From positions 29,328,001-29,392,000 of the forward strand of contig NC_086108.1 in assembly GCF_963921235.1 (NCBI RefSeq): DNA of 64,000 nt. The letters run 5' to 3'. The first letter of the stretch is position 1, and every line of letters begins with the position of its first letter. Source of the stretch: Mobula hypostoma. Lineage: Eukaryota. Under the pieces are notes generated by a model. That model was not told the DNA's origin, did not search any database, and saw only the letters and a list, made by a program, of their open reading frames with translations. The position numbers and the translations under genes are program-made. Shown one piece after another: positions 51,826 through 63,022 of the stretch.

Positions 51826-52043
51826 AGCAACACACATCAAAGTTGCTGGTGAACGCAGCAGGCCAGGCAGCATCTCTAGGAAGAGGTACAGTCGACGTTT
51901 CGGGCCGAGACCCTTCGTCAGGACTAACTGAAAGAAGAGATAGTAAGAGATTTGAAAGTGGGAGGGGAAGGGGAAGATCCAAAATGATAGGAGAAGACAA
52001 GAGGGGGAGGGATGGAGCCAAGAGCTGGATAGTTGATTGGCAA
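51826..52043 (-). mobile_element. Young PLE terminus
   Basis: Near-identical to the reverse complement of 38340-38550 and close to 59495-59710. Confidence 0.88.
51890..51925 (-). ncRNA. Minimal type I hammerhead ribozyme motif
   Basis: Minus strand AGUC-CUGACGA-A-GGGUCUCGGCCC-GAAACGUC-GACU. Confidence 0.75.
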
Positions 52044-53284
52044 ACTGTTAACTAATCTGTAAATTCTCCTTTTGATTACATTAGATTCAACTTTATTGTC
52101 ATCATGCCGAGTACAGATACAAAGCCAATGAAATTCATTTAGCATCTGACCAGAAATGCAAAGAAGTGTTACTTACAAAATAACTGCAAATAAAAAGTGC
52201 TACAGCACACAAATATAAAAGTACTTAGACAGTACAATATGGGTGCAATACTGCTTAGCACTGTGATGTGAGGTTCAGCAGTGTCACAGCCTCAGGGAAG
52301 AAGCTCTTCCTGTGCCTGCTGGTGCGGGAGCGGAGGCTCCTGTAGCGCCTACCAGATGGGAGTAGAGTAAAAAATCCAAGGTTAGGGTGAGATGCATTCC
52401 TGATAATGCTTTTTTTATTGACTCAGGTTCAATTGTTATATTAGTAACAAACAGAAGTAAATTAAAATCAGAAGCTTTATACATATTCATGTTGTTGATA
52501 AATAATCTTGAAGTGCATTTCTTCCCCTCAACCATTGCTTGCTCCATGTGCTCACTCTAAAAAAAAATGTAGGACTTACTCCTTTCAAGCAAATTGAAAA
52601 GTTCACAGTAATTGCCATACAACAAGCCTTAAAATATTTAATGCTAAAAGCATGACAACATTGCAGTAGAAATTCCAGGTAGTTTGCTCACAGATTTATA
52701 ATCTAAGCATGGTGTTTTTCACTTTAAGTTATACCAGTATCAGGTTTTATTTGGAAACCAAGGTAGCCTCTTCACAACGTATTCACAATTGAACAGAATT
52801 TCTCAGAACACAGTCTGGTTTTATGTTCAGAGTGACCCATTTCCAGTTTGGGTTACAGAATCTGTGTTTTAAAGTTATTTAGTGACATTGAATATGGCCA
52901 TATCAGTAAAATGGTTCAAAGCCACACATTCCTTAATTTTAATGAATCTTCTCTAATAATTGTTTGCGAATCACATTTAGCACAAGTTTGTGTTTTGAAG
53001 CTCTTGAAATACACGATATCAGTTATTTTGAGAACAACGTTATTAAATGCACTTGTACATGCAGCACTGTCCGAGCATTTTTAAATTATAGATTATCTTA
53101 ATGATAATCCATGGCTACAAAGCTCTCTGCGGAATTTCACCGACTCATAATAAGCAAGTCATTCTACTATGTAAGATTACGCACACAATGCAAATACAAA
53201 TTAGCCAATGGAAATTTTGATAAGCTGTATGTATTATACTGTCACAACACAAAATAACAGTCTTTCCAGCAACACACACAAAAA

Positions 53285-54560
53285 ATTCCAGGTGAGGCAA
53301 CACTTTACCTGCAAATCTGTTGGGGTCATCTACTTAGCTGGTGCTCCCTATGCAGCCTCCTCTACACTGGTGAGACCCAACGTAGATTGGGGGACCGCTT
53401 TATCAAGCTCCATCAGCAAAAGACAGGATTTCTCAGTGGCCAACTAGTTTAATTCCTCTCCCATTCCCATTCTGACATATCGGTCCATAGCCTCCTCTGT
53501 AGTTAAGAAGTTGAGTAGTTCCAAGTTCCTTGGTATACACATCACCGAGGATCTCACAGCAGTGCCTCTTTCACCTCAGATGGCTGAATAGGTTTGGCAT
53601 GAGTCCCAAAATTCTCAGGGCTTTCTACAGGGACACCATCGAGAGCATCCTGACTGGCTGTGTTACTGCCTGAAACCCTCAATTGCAGAGCACTACAGAG
53701 AGTGGTGCGGATAGCCCAGCGCATCTATTCAGGACATTTACAGCAGCAGGTGCATAAAAAGGGTCTGGAGGATCATCAGGGACTCCAGCCACAGCAACCA
53801 CAAAGTGATACAGCTGCTTCCGTCTGGCAAACTGTACCACAGCATTAAGGCCAGGACAGCTTCTTTCACCAGGCTATCAGATTTTCAATACACATTGATC
53901 TAACTGCATACCTGACTGTACACACATGTATACAAAACAATTCCATACATAATCTTAGTGATTGGGCAATATCTTCCCACATTTCCCCTCTTTATTGTTT
54001 ATACATAGCGACGGCAATGAAACATAAAGATTTGTATCTAAGAAATAAAATTCTAAATCTATATCTACTGCCATGATGAAGCCTCTCTCAGGTTGGAGGA
54101 GAAACACCTCATATTCCATCCTGATGGCATGAACACAGATTTCTCCAACCTCCAGTCATTTCCCCCCTCCCTCTTTTTCTCTTCCCTTTTTCTATCCCTT
54201 ACTCTGGCTTCTTACTTCTTCTCCTCACCTACCTATCACCTCCCCTAGTGCTCCTCCTCCTTCCCTTTCACCCATGGTCCACTCTCCTCTCCTATCAGAT
54301 TCCTTCTTCTCCAGTCCTTCACTTTTCCACCCATCACCTCCCAGCTTGTTACTTCACTCCCCCCCTCACCTAACCCAACAGGCTTTACCTATCATTTTCT
54401 AGCTTGTCAAGCTTACCCTCTCCCCACCACCTTTTGCTGGCATCTTCCCCCTTCCTTTCCAGTCCTGAAGGGTCTCAGCTCGAAATGTTGGCTGCTCTTT
54501 CATTAGTGTAGATGTTGCCTGACCTACTGAGTTCCTCCAGTTTTTTGTGTGTGTTGCACA
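53285..54560 (+). mobile_element. PLE 3' fragment split by a Rex-type LINE insertion (about 53500-54064)
   Basis: FQVRQHFTCKSVGVIY; PLE sequence ...gcctcctct resumes as tctactgccatgatgaag; insert encodes FYRDTIESILTGC and LLPSGK. Confidence 0.8.
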
Positions 54561-55396
54561 AAATAACTTGAATTTTCATGTGCAAGGAAGATGCCAGCGT
54601 TGGAGCTACATCACAGAACAAACATATCTAACCTTCCAGAGTGGGACAGAAAAATTAATGATGAATCATGATCCCAATCAGAGAGGTTTCCTATTTGCCC
54701 AAGAGGTGCAGCTTCGAAAAGGGCAAAGTCAGCACCATCAATAACCACGACTGTGAGTGTTTAATATCTATAGAACTCCTCAAAAAACTGAAAAGTCCAA
54801 AGGGAACTTTGAAAGTTCAGAAATCCTGTTGCAAATTACATTCTTTTTGCCCAGGCATAGTTTTGGGAGAAGCTGGGAGAGGGGTCTCTGGTGGTATCAC
54901 AGTTTCACCACATAAGATTAAAGATAGTAAGGATTTTCAAGGAGCGATGAGAGGGTGTATGAAGGAAGATGCCAGGAAAGCAGGGGAAGAGATTCTTACA
55001 TATGATGGCAGTTAGGCCAATGGCACAAGCACTGTGACTGGGGATGACATATTGTTGATAGCCCAGCCAGAGAGAACAAAAAAAAACTACTTTGCTAATT
55101 AAATTTATGTTGCATTGAAACATTTTTGAGCAATTAATGGGAATGCTGGAAAACAAAATATGAAACCAAGTCACATCAGGAGAAATTATAGCAGTTGCCC
55201 AAAAGTTTAATCAAGGTAGCAGATTTTAAGGAATTCCTTAAAGGAGGTAATAGAAGTATAAGGCAATAAATCAAGTCTGATCTCGAGATCAAACATTGAG
55301 TCTCTTACATAGAGCTAAAGGTATAACCAGAAAAGCACTGCAAAAGAGGCTTTTCTACATTTTTCACCACCTCATTAATTAAACTTCTTATGAAAT

Positions 55397-58300
55397 ATAG
55401 AAACATAGAAAATAGGTGCAGGAGTAGGCCATTCGGCCCTTCGAGCCTGCACCGGCATTTATTATGATCATGGCTGATCATCCAACTCAGAACCCTGCAC
55501 CATACCCTCTGATCCCCATAGCCACAAGGGCCATATCTAACTCCCTCTTAAATATAGCCAATGAACTGGCCTCAACTGTTTCCTGTGACAGAGAATTCCA
55601 CAGATTCACCACTCTCTGTGTGAAGAAGTTTTTCCTAATCTCAGTCCTAAAGGGCTTCCCCTTTATCCTCAAACTGTGACCCCTCGTTCTGGACTTCCCC
55701 AACATCGGGAACAATCTTCCTGCATCTAGCCTGTCCAATCCCTTTAGGATTTTATACGTTTCAATCAGATCCCCCCTCAATCTTCTAAATTCCAACGAGT
55801 ACAAGCCTAGTTCATCCAGTCTTTCTTCGTATGAAAGTCTGGTGAACCTTCTTTGTACTCCCTCTATGGCAAGGATGTCTTTCCTCAGATTAGGGGACCA
55901 AAACTGCACACAATACTCCAGGTGTGGTCTCACCAAGGCCTTGTACAACTGCAGTAATACCTCCCTTCTCCTGTACTCGAATCCTCTCGCTATAAATGCC
56001 AGCATACCATTCGCCTTTTTCACCGCCTGCTGTACCTGCATGCCCACTTTCAATGACTGGTGTATAATGACACCCAGGTCTCGTTGCACCTCCCCTTTTC
56101 CTAATCGGCCACCATTCAGATAATAATGTTTTCCTATTTTTGCCACCAAAGTGGATAACTTCACAGTTATCCACATTAAATTGCATCTGCCATGAATTTG
56201 CCCAGCCACCCAACCTATCCAAGTCACCCTGTATCCTCTTAGCATCCTCCTCACAGCTAACACTGCCGCCCAGCTTCGTGTCATCCGCAAACTTGGAGAT
56301 GCTGCATTTAATTCCCTCATCCAAGTCATTAATATATATTATAAACAACTGGGGTCCCAGCACTGAGCCTTACGGTACCCCACTAGTCACTGCCTGCCAT
56401 TCTGAAAAGGTCCCGTTTATTCCCACTCTTTGCTTCCTGTCTGCTAACCAATTCTCTATGAACATCAATACCTTAGCCCCAATACCGTGTGCTTTAAGTT
56501 TGCACACTAATCTCCTGTGTGGGACCTTGTCAAAAGCCTTTTGAAAATCCAAATATACCACATCCACTGGTTCTCCCCTATCCACTCTACTAGTTACATC
56601 CTCAAAAAATTCTATGAGATTCATCAGACATGATTTTCCTTTCACAAATCCATGCTGACTTTGTCCGATGATTTCACCACTTTCCAAATGTGCTGTTATC
56701 ACATCTTTGATAACTGACTCGAGCAGTTTCCCCACCACCGACATTAGGCTAACCGGTCTATAACTCCCCGGTTTCTCTCTCCCTCCTTTTTTAAAAAGTG
56801 GGGTTACATTAGCCACCCTCCAATCCTCAGGAACTAGTCCAGAATCTAATGAGTTTTGAAAAATTATCACTAATGCATCCAATATTTCTTGGACTACTTC
56901 CTTAAGCACTCTGGGATGCAGACCATCTGGCCCTGGGGATTTATCTGCCTTCAATCCCTTCAATTTACCTAACACCACTTCCCTACTAACACGTATTTCG
57001 CTCAGTTCCTCCATCTCACTGGACCCTCTGTCCCCTACTATTTCTGGAAGATTATTTATGTCCTCCTTAGTGAAAACAGAACCAAAGTAATTATTCAATT
57101 GGTCTGCCATGTCCTTGCTCCCCATAATCAATTCACCTGTTTCTGTCTGTAGGGGACCTACAGTTGTCTTTACCAGTCTTTTCCTTTTTACATATCTATA
57201 AAAACTTTTACAGTCAGTTTTTATGTTCCCTGCCAGTTTTCTCTCATAATCTTTTTTCCCCTTCCTAATTAGGCCCTTTGTCCTCCTCTGCTGAACTCTG
57301 ACTTTCTCCCAGTCCTCAGGTGAGCCACTTTTTCTGGCTAATTTGTATGCTTCTTCTTTGGAATTGATACTATCCCTAATTTCTCTTGTCAGCCACGGTT
57401 GCACTACCTTCCTTGATTTATTCTTTTGCCAAACTGGGATGAACAATTGTTGTAGTTCATCCATGCAATCTTTAAATGCTTGCCATTGCATATCCACCGT
57501 CAATCCTTTAAGTGTCATTTGCCAGTCTATCTTAGCTAATTCACATCTCATACCTTCAAAGTTACCCCTCTTTAAGTTCAGAACCTTTGTTTCTGAATTA
57601 ACTATGTCACTCTCCATCTTAATGAAGAATTCCACCATATTATGGTCACTCTTACCCAAGGGGCCTCTCACGACAAGATTGCTAATTAACCCTTCCTCAT
57701 TGCTCAAAACCCAGTCTAGAATAGCCTGCTCTCTAGTTGGTTCCTTGACGTGTTGGTTCAAAAAACCATCCCGCATACATTCCAGGAAATCCTCTTCCTC
57801 AGCACCTTTACCAATTTGGTTCATCCAGTCTACATGTAGATTGAAGTCACCCATTATAACTGCTGTTCCTTTATTGCACACATTTCTAATTTCCTGTTTA
57901 ATACCATCTCCGACCACACTACTACTGTTAGGTGGCCTGTACACAACTCCCACCAGCGTTTTCTGCCCCTTAGTGTTATGCAGCTCTACCCATATCAATT
58001 CCACATCTTCCCGGCTTATGTCCTTCCTTTCTATTGCGTTAATCTCATCTTTAACCAGCAACGCCACCCCACCTCCTTTTCTTTCATGTCTATCCCTCCT
58101 GAATATTGAATATCCCTGAACGTTGAGCTCCCATCCTTGGTCATCCTGGAGCCATGTCTCTGTGATCCCAACTATATCATAATCATTAATAGCAACTGCA
58201 CTTTCAATTCATCCACCTTACGAATGCTCCTTGCATTGACACACAAAGCCTTCAGGCGCTCTTTTACAACTCTCTTAGCCCTTATACAATTATGTTGAAA

Positions 58301-58853
58301 AGTGGCCCTTTTTGATGCTTGCCCTGGATTTGTCGGCCTGCCACTTTCACTTTTCTCCTTACTACTTTTTGCTTCTACCCTCACTTTACACCCCTCTGTC
58401 TCTCTGCACTGGTTCCCACCCCCCTGTTGTGAACTAACCTCCTCTCGCCTAGCCTCTTTAATTTGATTCCCACCCCCCAACCATTCTAGTTTAAAGTCAC
58501 CTCAGTAGCCCTCGCTAATCTCCCTGCCAGGATATTGGTCCCCCTAGGATTCAAGTGTAACCCGTCCTTTTTGTACAGATCACGCCTGTGCCAAAAGAGG
58601 TCCCAATGATGCAAAAACTTGAATCCCTGCCTCCTGCTCCAATCCCTCAGTCACGCATTTATCCTCCACCTCATCGCATTCCTACTCTCACTGTCGCGTG
58701 GCACAGGCAGTAATCCCGAGATTACTACCTTTGCAGTCCTTTTTCTCAACTCCCTTCCTAGCTCCCTATATTCTCCTTTCAGGACCTCTTCCCTTTTCCT
58801 ACCTATGTCATTGGTACCTATATGTACCACGACCTCTGGCTCCTCATCCTCCC
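55397..58853 (-). mobile_element. CR1 LINE: ORF1 C-terminus (SGNH esterase-like) plus nearly complete ORF2
   Basis: ORF1 VVVHIGTNDIGR...VVISGLLPVPR; 565-aa ORF 56370-58067 (APE + RT N-part); KFADDTK downstream; same subfamily as 9056-11692. Confidence 0.95.
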
Positions 58854-59557
58854 AATATGACCTTAGGAGGAGAGCAAGTGATAAAAATATTGTTGTTACA
58901 GGTTTATTTTTAGTTTTTATTTTGTGTTTACTGGAGATTAGAGACAAAAAGCACCAGCAACACCTGGTGTGAGTACATGGCGATCAACACCAGCAATATT
59001 GTCAATATAGCTCATTTATATCATGTGAGAATGTCCATGAACAGAAATGGAATGGGAATCATCACTATTATTGAAACAAAAAAATATGAAATAAAACAAG
59101 ATTATGAACATATTTGAACCTACTTTTACTGGAATAGTTTACTTTCCTTTCAGTTTTTGACTCTCTGCTACTGCTCTCTAAGGAATACCCTACTGGGTGA
59201 AGCATCCATTTGCAAATAGGTTTTCTGCCTTCTCCACTTGCATTACTCGTTTCCTTGTGTGTAATAATCAATCATTTCCTGGAAGTTGCTGTCAGAAGCT
59301 CACCTCCTTCCTCAGTTCAGCACTAGACATTAGATAGATAGATATACTTTATTGATCCCGAGGGAAATTGGGTTTTGTTACAGCTACACCAAACAAGAAT
59401 AGAGCATAAATATCGCAATACAAAACCCACAAACAAACAAACAACAATATGCAAACTATAAACAACAGGAATTCTGCAGATGCTGAAAATTCAAGCAACA
59501 CACATCAAAGTTGCTGGTGAATGCAGCAGGCCAGGCAGCATCTCGAGGAAGAGGTAC

Positions 59558-59593
59558 AGTCGACGTTTCAGGCCGAGACCCTTCGTCAGGACT
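59558..59593 (-). ncRNA. Minimal type I hammerhead ribozyme motif
   Basis: Minus strand AGUC-CUGACGA-A-GGGUCUCGGCCU-GAAACGUC-GACU. Confidence 0.75.
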
Positions 59594-59890
59594 AACTGAA
59601 GGAAGAGTGAGTAAGGGATTTGAAAGTTGGAGGGGGAGGGAGAGATCCAAAATGATAGGAGAAGACAGGAGGAGGAGGGATAGAGCCAAGAGCTGGACAA
59701 GTGATAGGCAAAAGGGGATACGAGAGGATCATGGGACAGGAGGTCCGGGAAGAAAGACAAGGTGGGGAGGGGGAACCAGAGGATGGGCAAGAGGTATATT
59801 CAGAGGGACAGAGGGAGAAAAAGGAGAGTGAGAGAAAGAATGTGTGCATAAAAATGAGTAACAGATGGGGTACGAGGGGAAGGTGGGGCC

Positions 59891-60975
59891 TTAGCGGAAG
59901 TTAGAGAAGTCGATGTTCATGCCATCAGGTTGGAGGCTAACCAGACGGAATATAAGGTGTTGTTCCTCCAACCCGAGTGTGGCTTCATCTTTACAGTAGA
60001 GGAGGCCGTGGATAGACATGTCAGAATGGGAATGGGATGTGGAATTAAAATGTGTGGCCACTGGGAGATCCTGCTTTCTCTGGCGGACAGAGCGTAGATG
60101 TTCAGCAAAGCGGTCTCCCAGTCTGCGTCGGGTCCCGCCAATATATAAAAGGCCACATCGGGAGCACCGGACGCAGTATATCACCCCGGTCGACTCACAG
60201 GTGAAGTGTTGCCTCACCTGGAAGGACTGTTTGGGGCCCTGAATGGTGGTAAGGGAGGAAGTGTAAGGGCATGTGTAGCACTTGTTCCGCTTACACGGAT
60301 AAGTGCCAGGAGGGAGATCAGTGGGGAGGGATGGGGGGGACGAATGGACAAGGGAGTTGTGTAGGGAGCGATCCCTGCGGAATGCAGAGAGACGGGGGGA
60401 GGGAAAGATGTGCTTAGTGGTGGGATCCCGTTGGAGGTGGCGGAAGTTACGGAGAATAATATGTTGGACCCGGAGGCTGGTGGGGTGGTAGGTGAGGACC
60501 AGGGGAACCCTATTCCTAGTGGGGTGGCGGGAGGATGGAGTGAGAGCAGATGTACGTGAAATGGGGGAGATGCGTTTAAGGGCAGAGTTGATAGTGGAGG
60601 AAGGGAAGCCCCTTTCTTTAAAAAAGGAAGACATCTCCCTCGTCCTAGAATGAAAAGCCTCATCCTGAGAGCAGATGCGGCGGAGACAGAGGAATTGTGA
60701 GAAGGGGATGGCGTTTCTGCAAGAGACAGGCTGAGAAGAGGAATAGTCCAGATAGCTGTGAGAGTCAGTAGGCTTATAGTAGACATCAGTGGATAAGCTG
60801 TCTCCAGAGACAGAGACAGAAAGATCTAGAAAGGGGAGGGAGGTGTCGGAAATGGACCAGGTAAACTTGAGGGCAGGGTGAAAGTTGGAGGCAAAGTTAA
60901 TAAAGTCAACGAGTTCTGCATGCGTGCAGGAAGCAGCGCCAATGCAGTCGTCGATGTAGCGAAGGAAAAGTGGGG
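59891..60975 (-). pseudogene. PLE ORF fragment (RT YIDD through complete GIY-YIG endonuclease)
   Basis: LRYIDD; CKRNKCYTC; GVIYCVRCSRCGLLYIGGTRRRLGDRFAEH...EQHLIFRL.SLQPDGMN. Confidence 0.9.
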
Positions 60976-62689
60976 TACCTCCTCTTATTTACCCCTCGAT
61001 CGTGACCCCACTAAGGAGCACCAGGCCATTGTCTCCCACACCATCACCGACTTTATCCGCTCAGGGGATCTCCCACCCACTGCTACCAACCTTATAGTTC
61101 CCACACCCCGCACTTCCCGTTTCTACCTCCTACCCAAGATCCACAAACCTGCCTGTCCTGGCCGACCTATTGTCTCAGCTTGCTCCTGCCCCACCGAACT
61201 CATTTCTGCATACCTCGACACTGTTTTATCACCCCTTGTTCAATCCCTTCCGACCTATGTTCGTGACACTTCTCACGCTCTTAAACTTTTCGATGATTTT
61301 AAGTTCCCTGGCCCCCACCGCTTTATTTTCACCATGGATGTCCAGTCCTTATATACTTACATCCCCCATCAGGAAGGTCTCAAAGCTCTACGCTTCTTTT
61401 TGGATTCCAGACCTAATCAGTTCCCCTCTACCACCACTCTGCTCCGTCTAGCGGAATTAGTCCTTACTCTTAATAATTTCTCCTTTGGCTCCTCCCACTT
61501 CCTCCAGACTAAAGGTGTAGCTATGGGCACCCGTATGGGTCCTAGCTATGCCTGCCTTTTTGTTGGGTTTGTGGAACAATCTATGTTCCGTGCCTATTCT
61601 GGTATCTGTCCCCCACTTTTCCTTCGCTACATCGACGACTGCATTGGCGCTGCTTCCTGCACGCATGCAGAACTCGTTGACTTTATTAACTTTGCCTCCA
61701 ACTTTCACCCTGCCCTCAAGTTTACCTGGTCCATTTCTGACACCTCCCTCCCCTTTCTAGATCTTTCTGTCTCTGTCTCTGGAGACAGCTTATCCACTGA
61801 TGTCTACTATAAGCCTGCTGACTCTCACAGCTATCTGGACTATTCCTCTTCTCAGCCTGTCTCTTGCAAAAATGCCATCCCCTTCTCACAATTCCTCCGT
61901 CTCTGCGGCATCTGCTCTCAGGATGAGGCTTTTAGGACGAGGGAGATGTCTTCCTTTTTTAAAGAAAGGGGCTTCCCTTCCTCCACTATCAACTCTGCCC
62001 ATAAACGCATCTCCCCCATTTCATGTACATCTGCTCTCACTCCATCCTCCCGCCACCCCACTAGGAATAGGGTTCCCCTGGTCCTCACCTACCACCCCAC
62101 CAGCCTCCGGGTCCAACATATTATTCTCCGTAACTTCCGCCACCTCCAACGGGATCCCACCACTAAGTACATCTTTCCCTCCCCCCCTCTCTCTGCATTC
62201 CGCAAGGATCGCTCCCTACACAACTCCCTTGTCCATTCGTCCCCCCCATCCCTCCCCACTGATCTCCCTCCTGGCACTTATCCGTGTAAGCGGAACAAGT
62301 GCTACACATGCCCTTACACTTCCTCCCTTACCACCATTCAGGGCCCCAAACAGTCCTTCCAGGTGAGGCAACACTTCACCTGTGAGTCGACCGGGGTGAT
62401 ATACTGCGTCCGGTGCTCCCAATGTGGCCTTTTATATATTGGCGAGACCTGATGCAGACTGGGAGACTGCTTTGCTGAACACATACGCTCTGTCCGCCAG
62501 AGAAAGCAGGATCTCCCAGTGGCCACACATTTTAATTCCACATCCCATTCCCATTCTGACATGTCTATCCACGGCCTCCTCTACTGTAAAGATGAAGCCA
62601 CACTCAGGTTGGAGGAACAACACCTTATATTCCGTCTGGGTAGCCTCCAACCTGATGGCATGAACATCGACTTCTCTAACTTCCGCTAA
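60976..62689 (+). pseudogene. PLE RT + GIY-YIG ORF, 5'-truncated, one premature stop at 62450-62452
   Basis: FYLLPKIHK, GRPIVS, MDVQSLYT, GVAMGTRMGPSYA, RYIDD, FLDL, VIYC..C..C...YIGET; TGA where the other arm has CGA. Confidence 0.93.
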
Positions 62690-62986
62690 GGCCCCACCTT
62701 CCCCTCGTACCCCATCTGTTACTCATTTTTAGGCACACATTCTTTCTCTCACTCTCCTTTTTCTCCCTCTGTCCCTCTGAATATACCTCTTGCCCATCCT
62801 CTGGTCCCCCCCCCCCACCTTGTCTTTCTTCCCGGACCTCCTGTCCCATGATCCTCTCGTATCCCCTTTTGCCTATCACTTGTCCAGCTCTTGGCTCTAT
62901 CCCTCCCCCTCTTCTCTTCTCCTATCATTTTGCACCTCCCCCTCCCCCTCCAACTTTCAAATCCCTTACTCACTCTTCCTTCAGTT

Positions 62987-63022
62987 AGTCCTGACGAAGG
63001 GTCTCGGCCTGAAACGTCGACT
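62987..63022 (+). ncRNA. Minimal type I hammerhead ribozyme motif
   Basis: AGUC-CUGACGA-A-GGGUCUCGGCCU-GAAACGUC-GACU; predicted cleavage after C63018. Confidence 0.75.

Noticed and set aside
52575..52635. Possible upstream TSEN15 exon (ag...gtaagt on minus)
   Set aside because: No frame resembles the expected WHEV...LQ.VVP.P segment
57343..58119. 258-aa plus ORF and similar ORFs (9832-10236, 11295-11786, 56140-56544)
   Set aside because: Antisense shadows of CR1 ORF2
60878..60975. N-terminus of the 524-aa ORF as a real PLE start
   Set aside because: MKVGGKVNKVNEF...KEKWG is the antisense of the inverted arm, identical to the start of ORF 61457-61708(-). The element is 5'-truncated, not intact.
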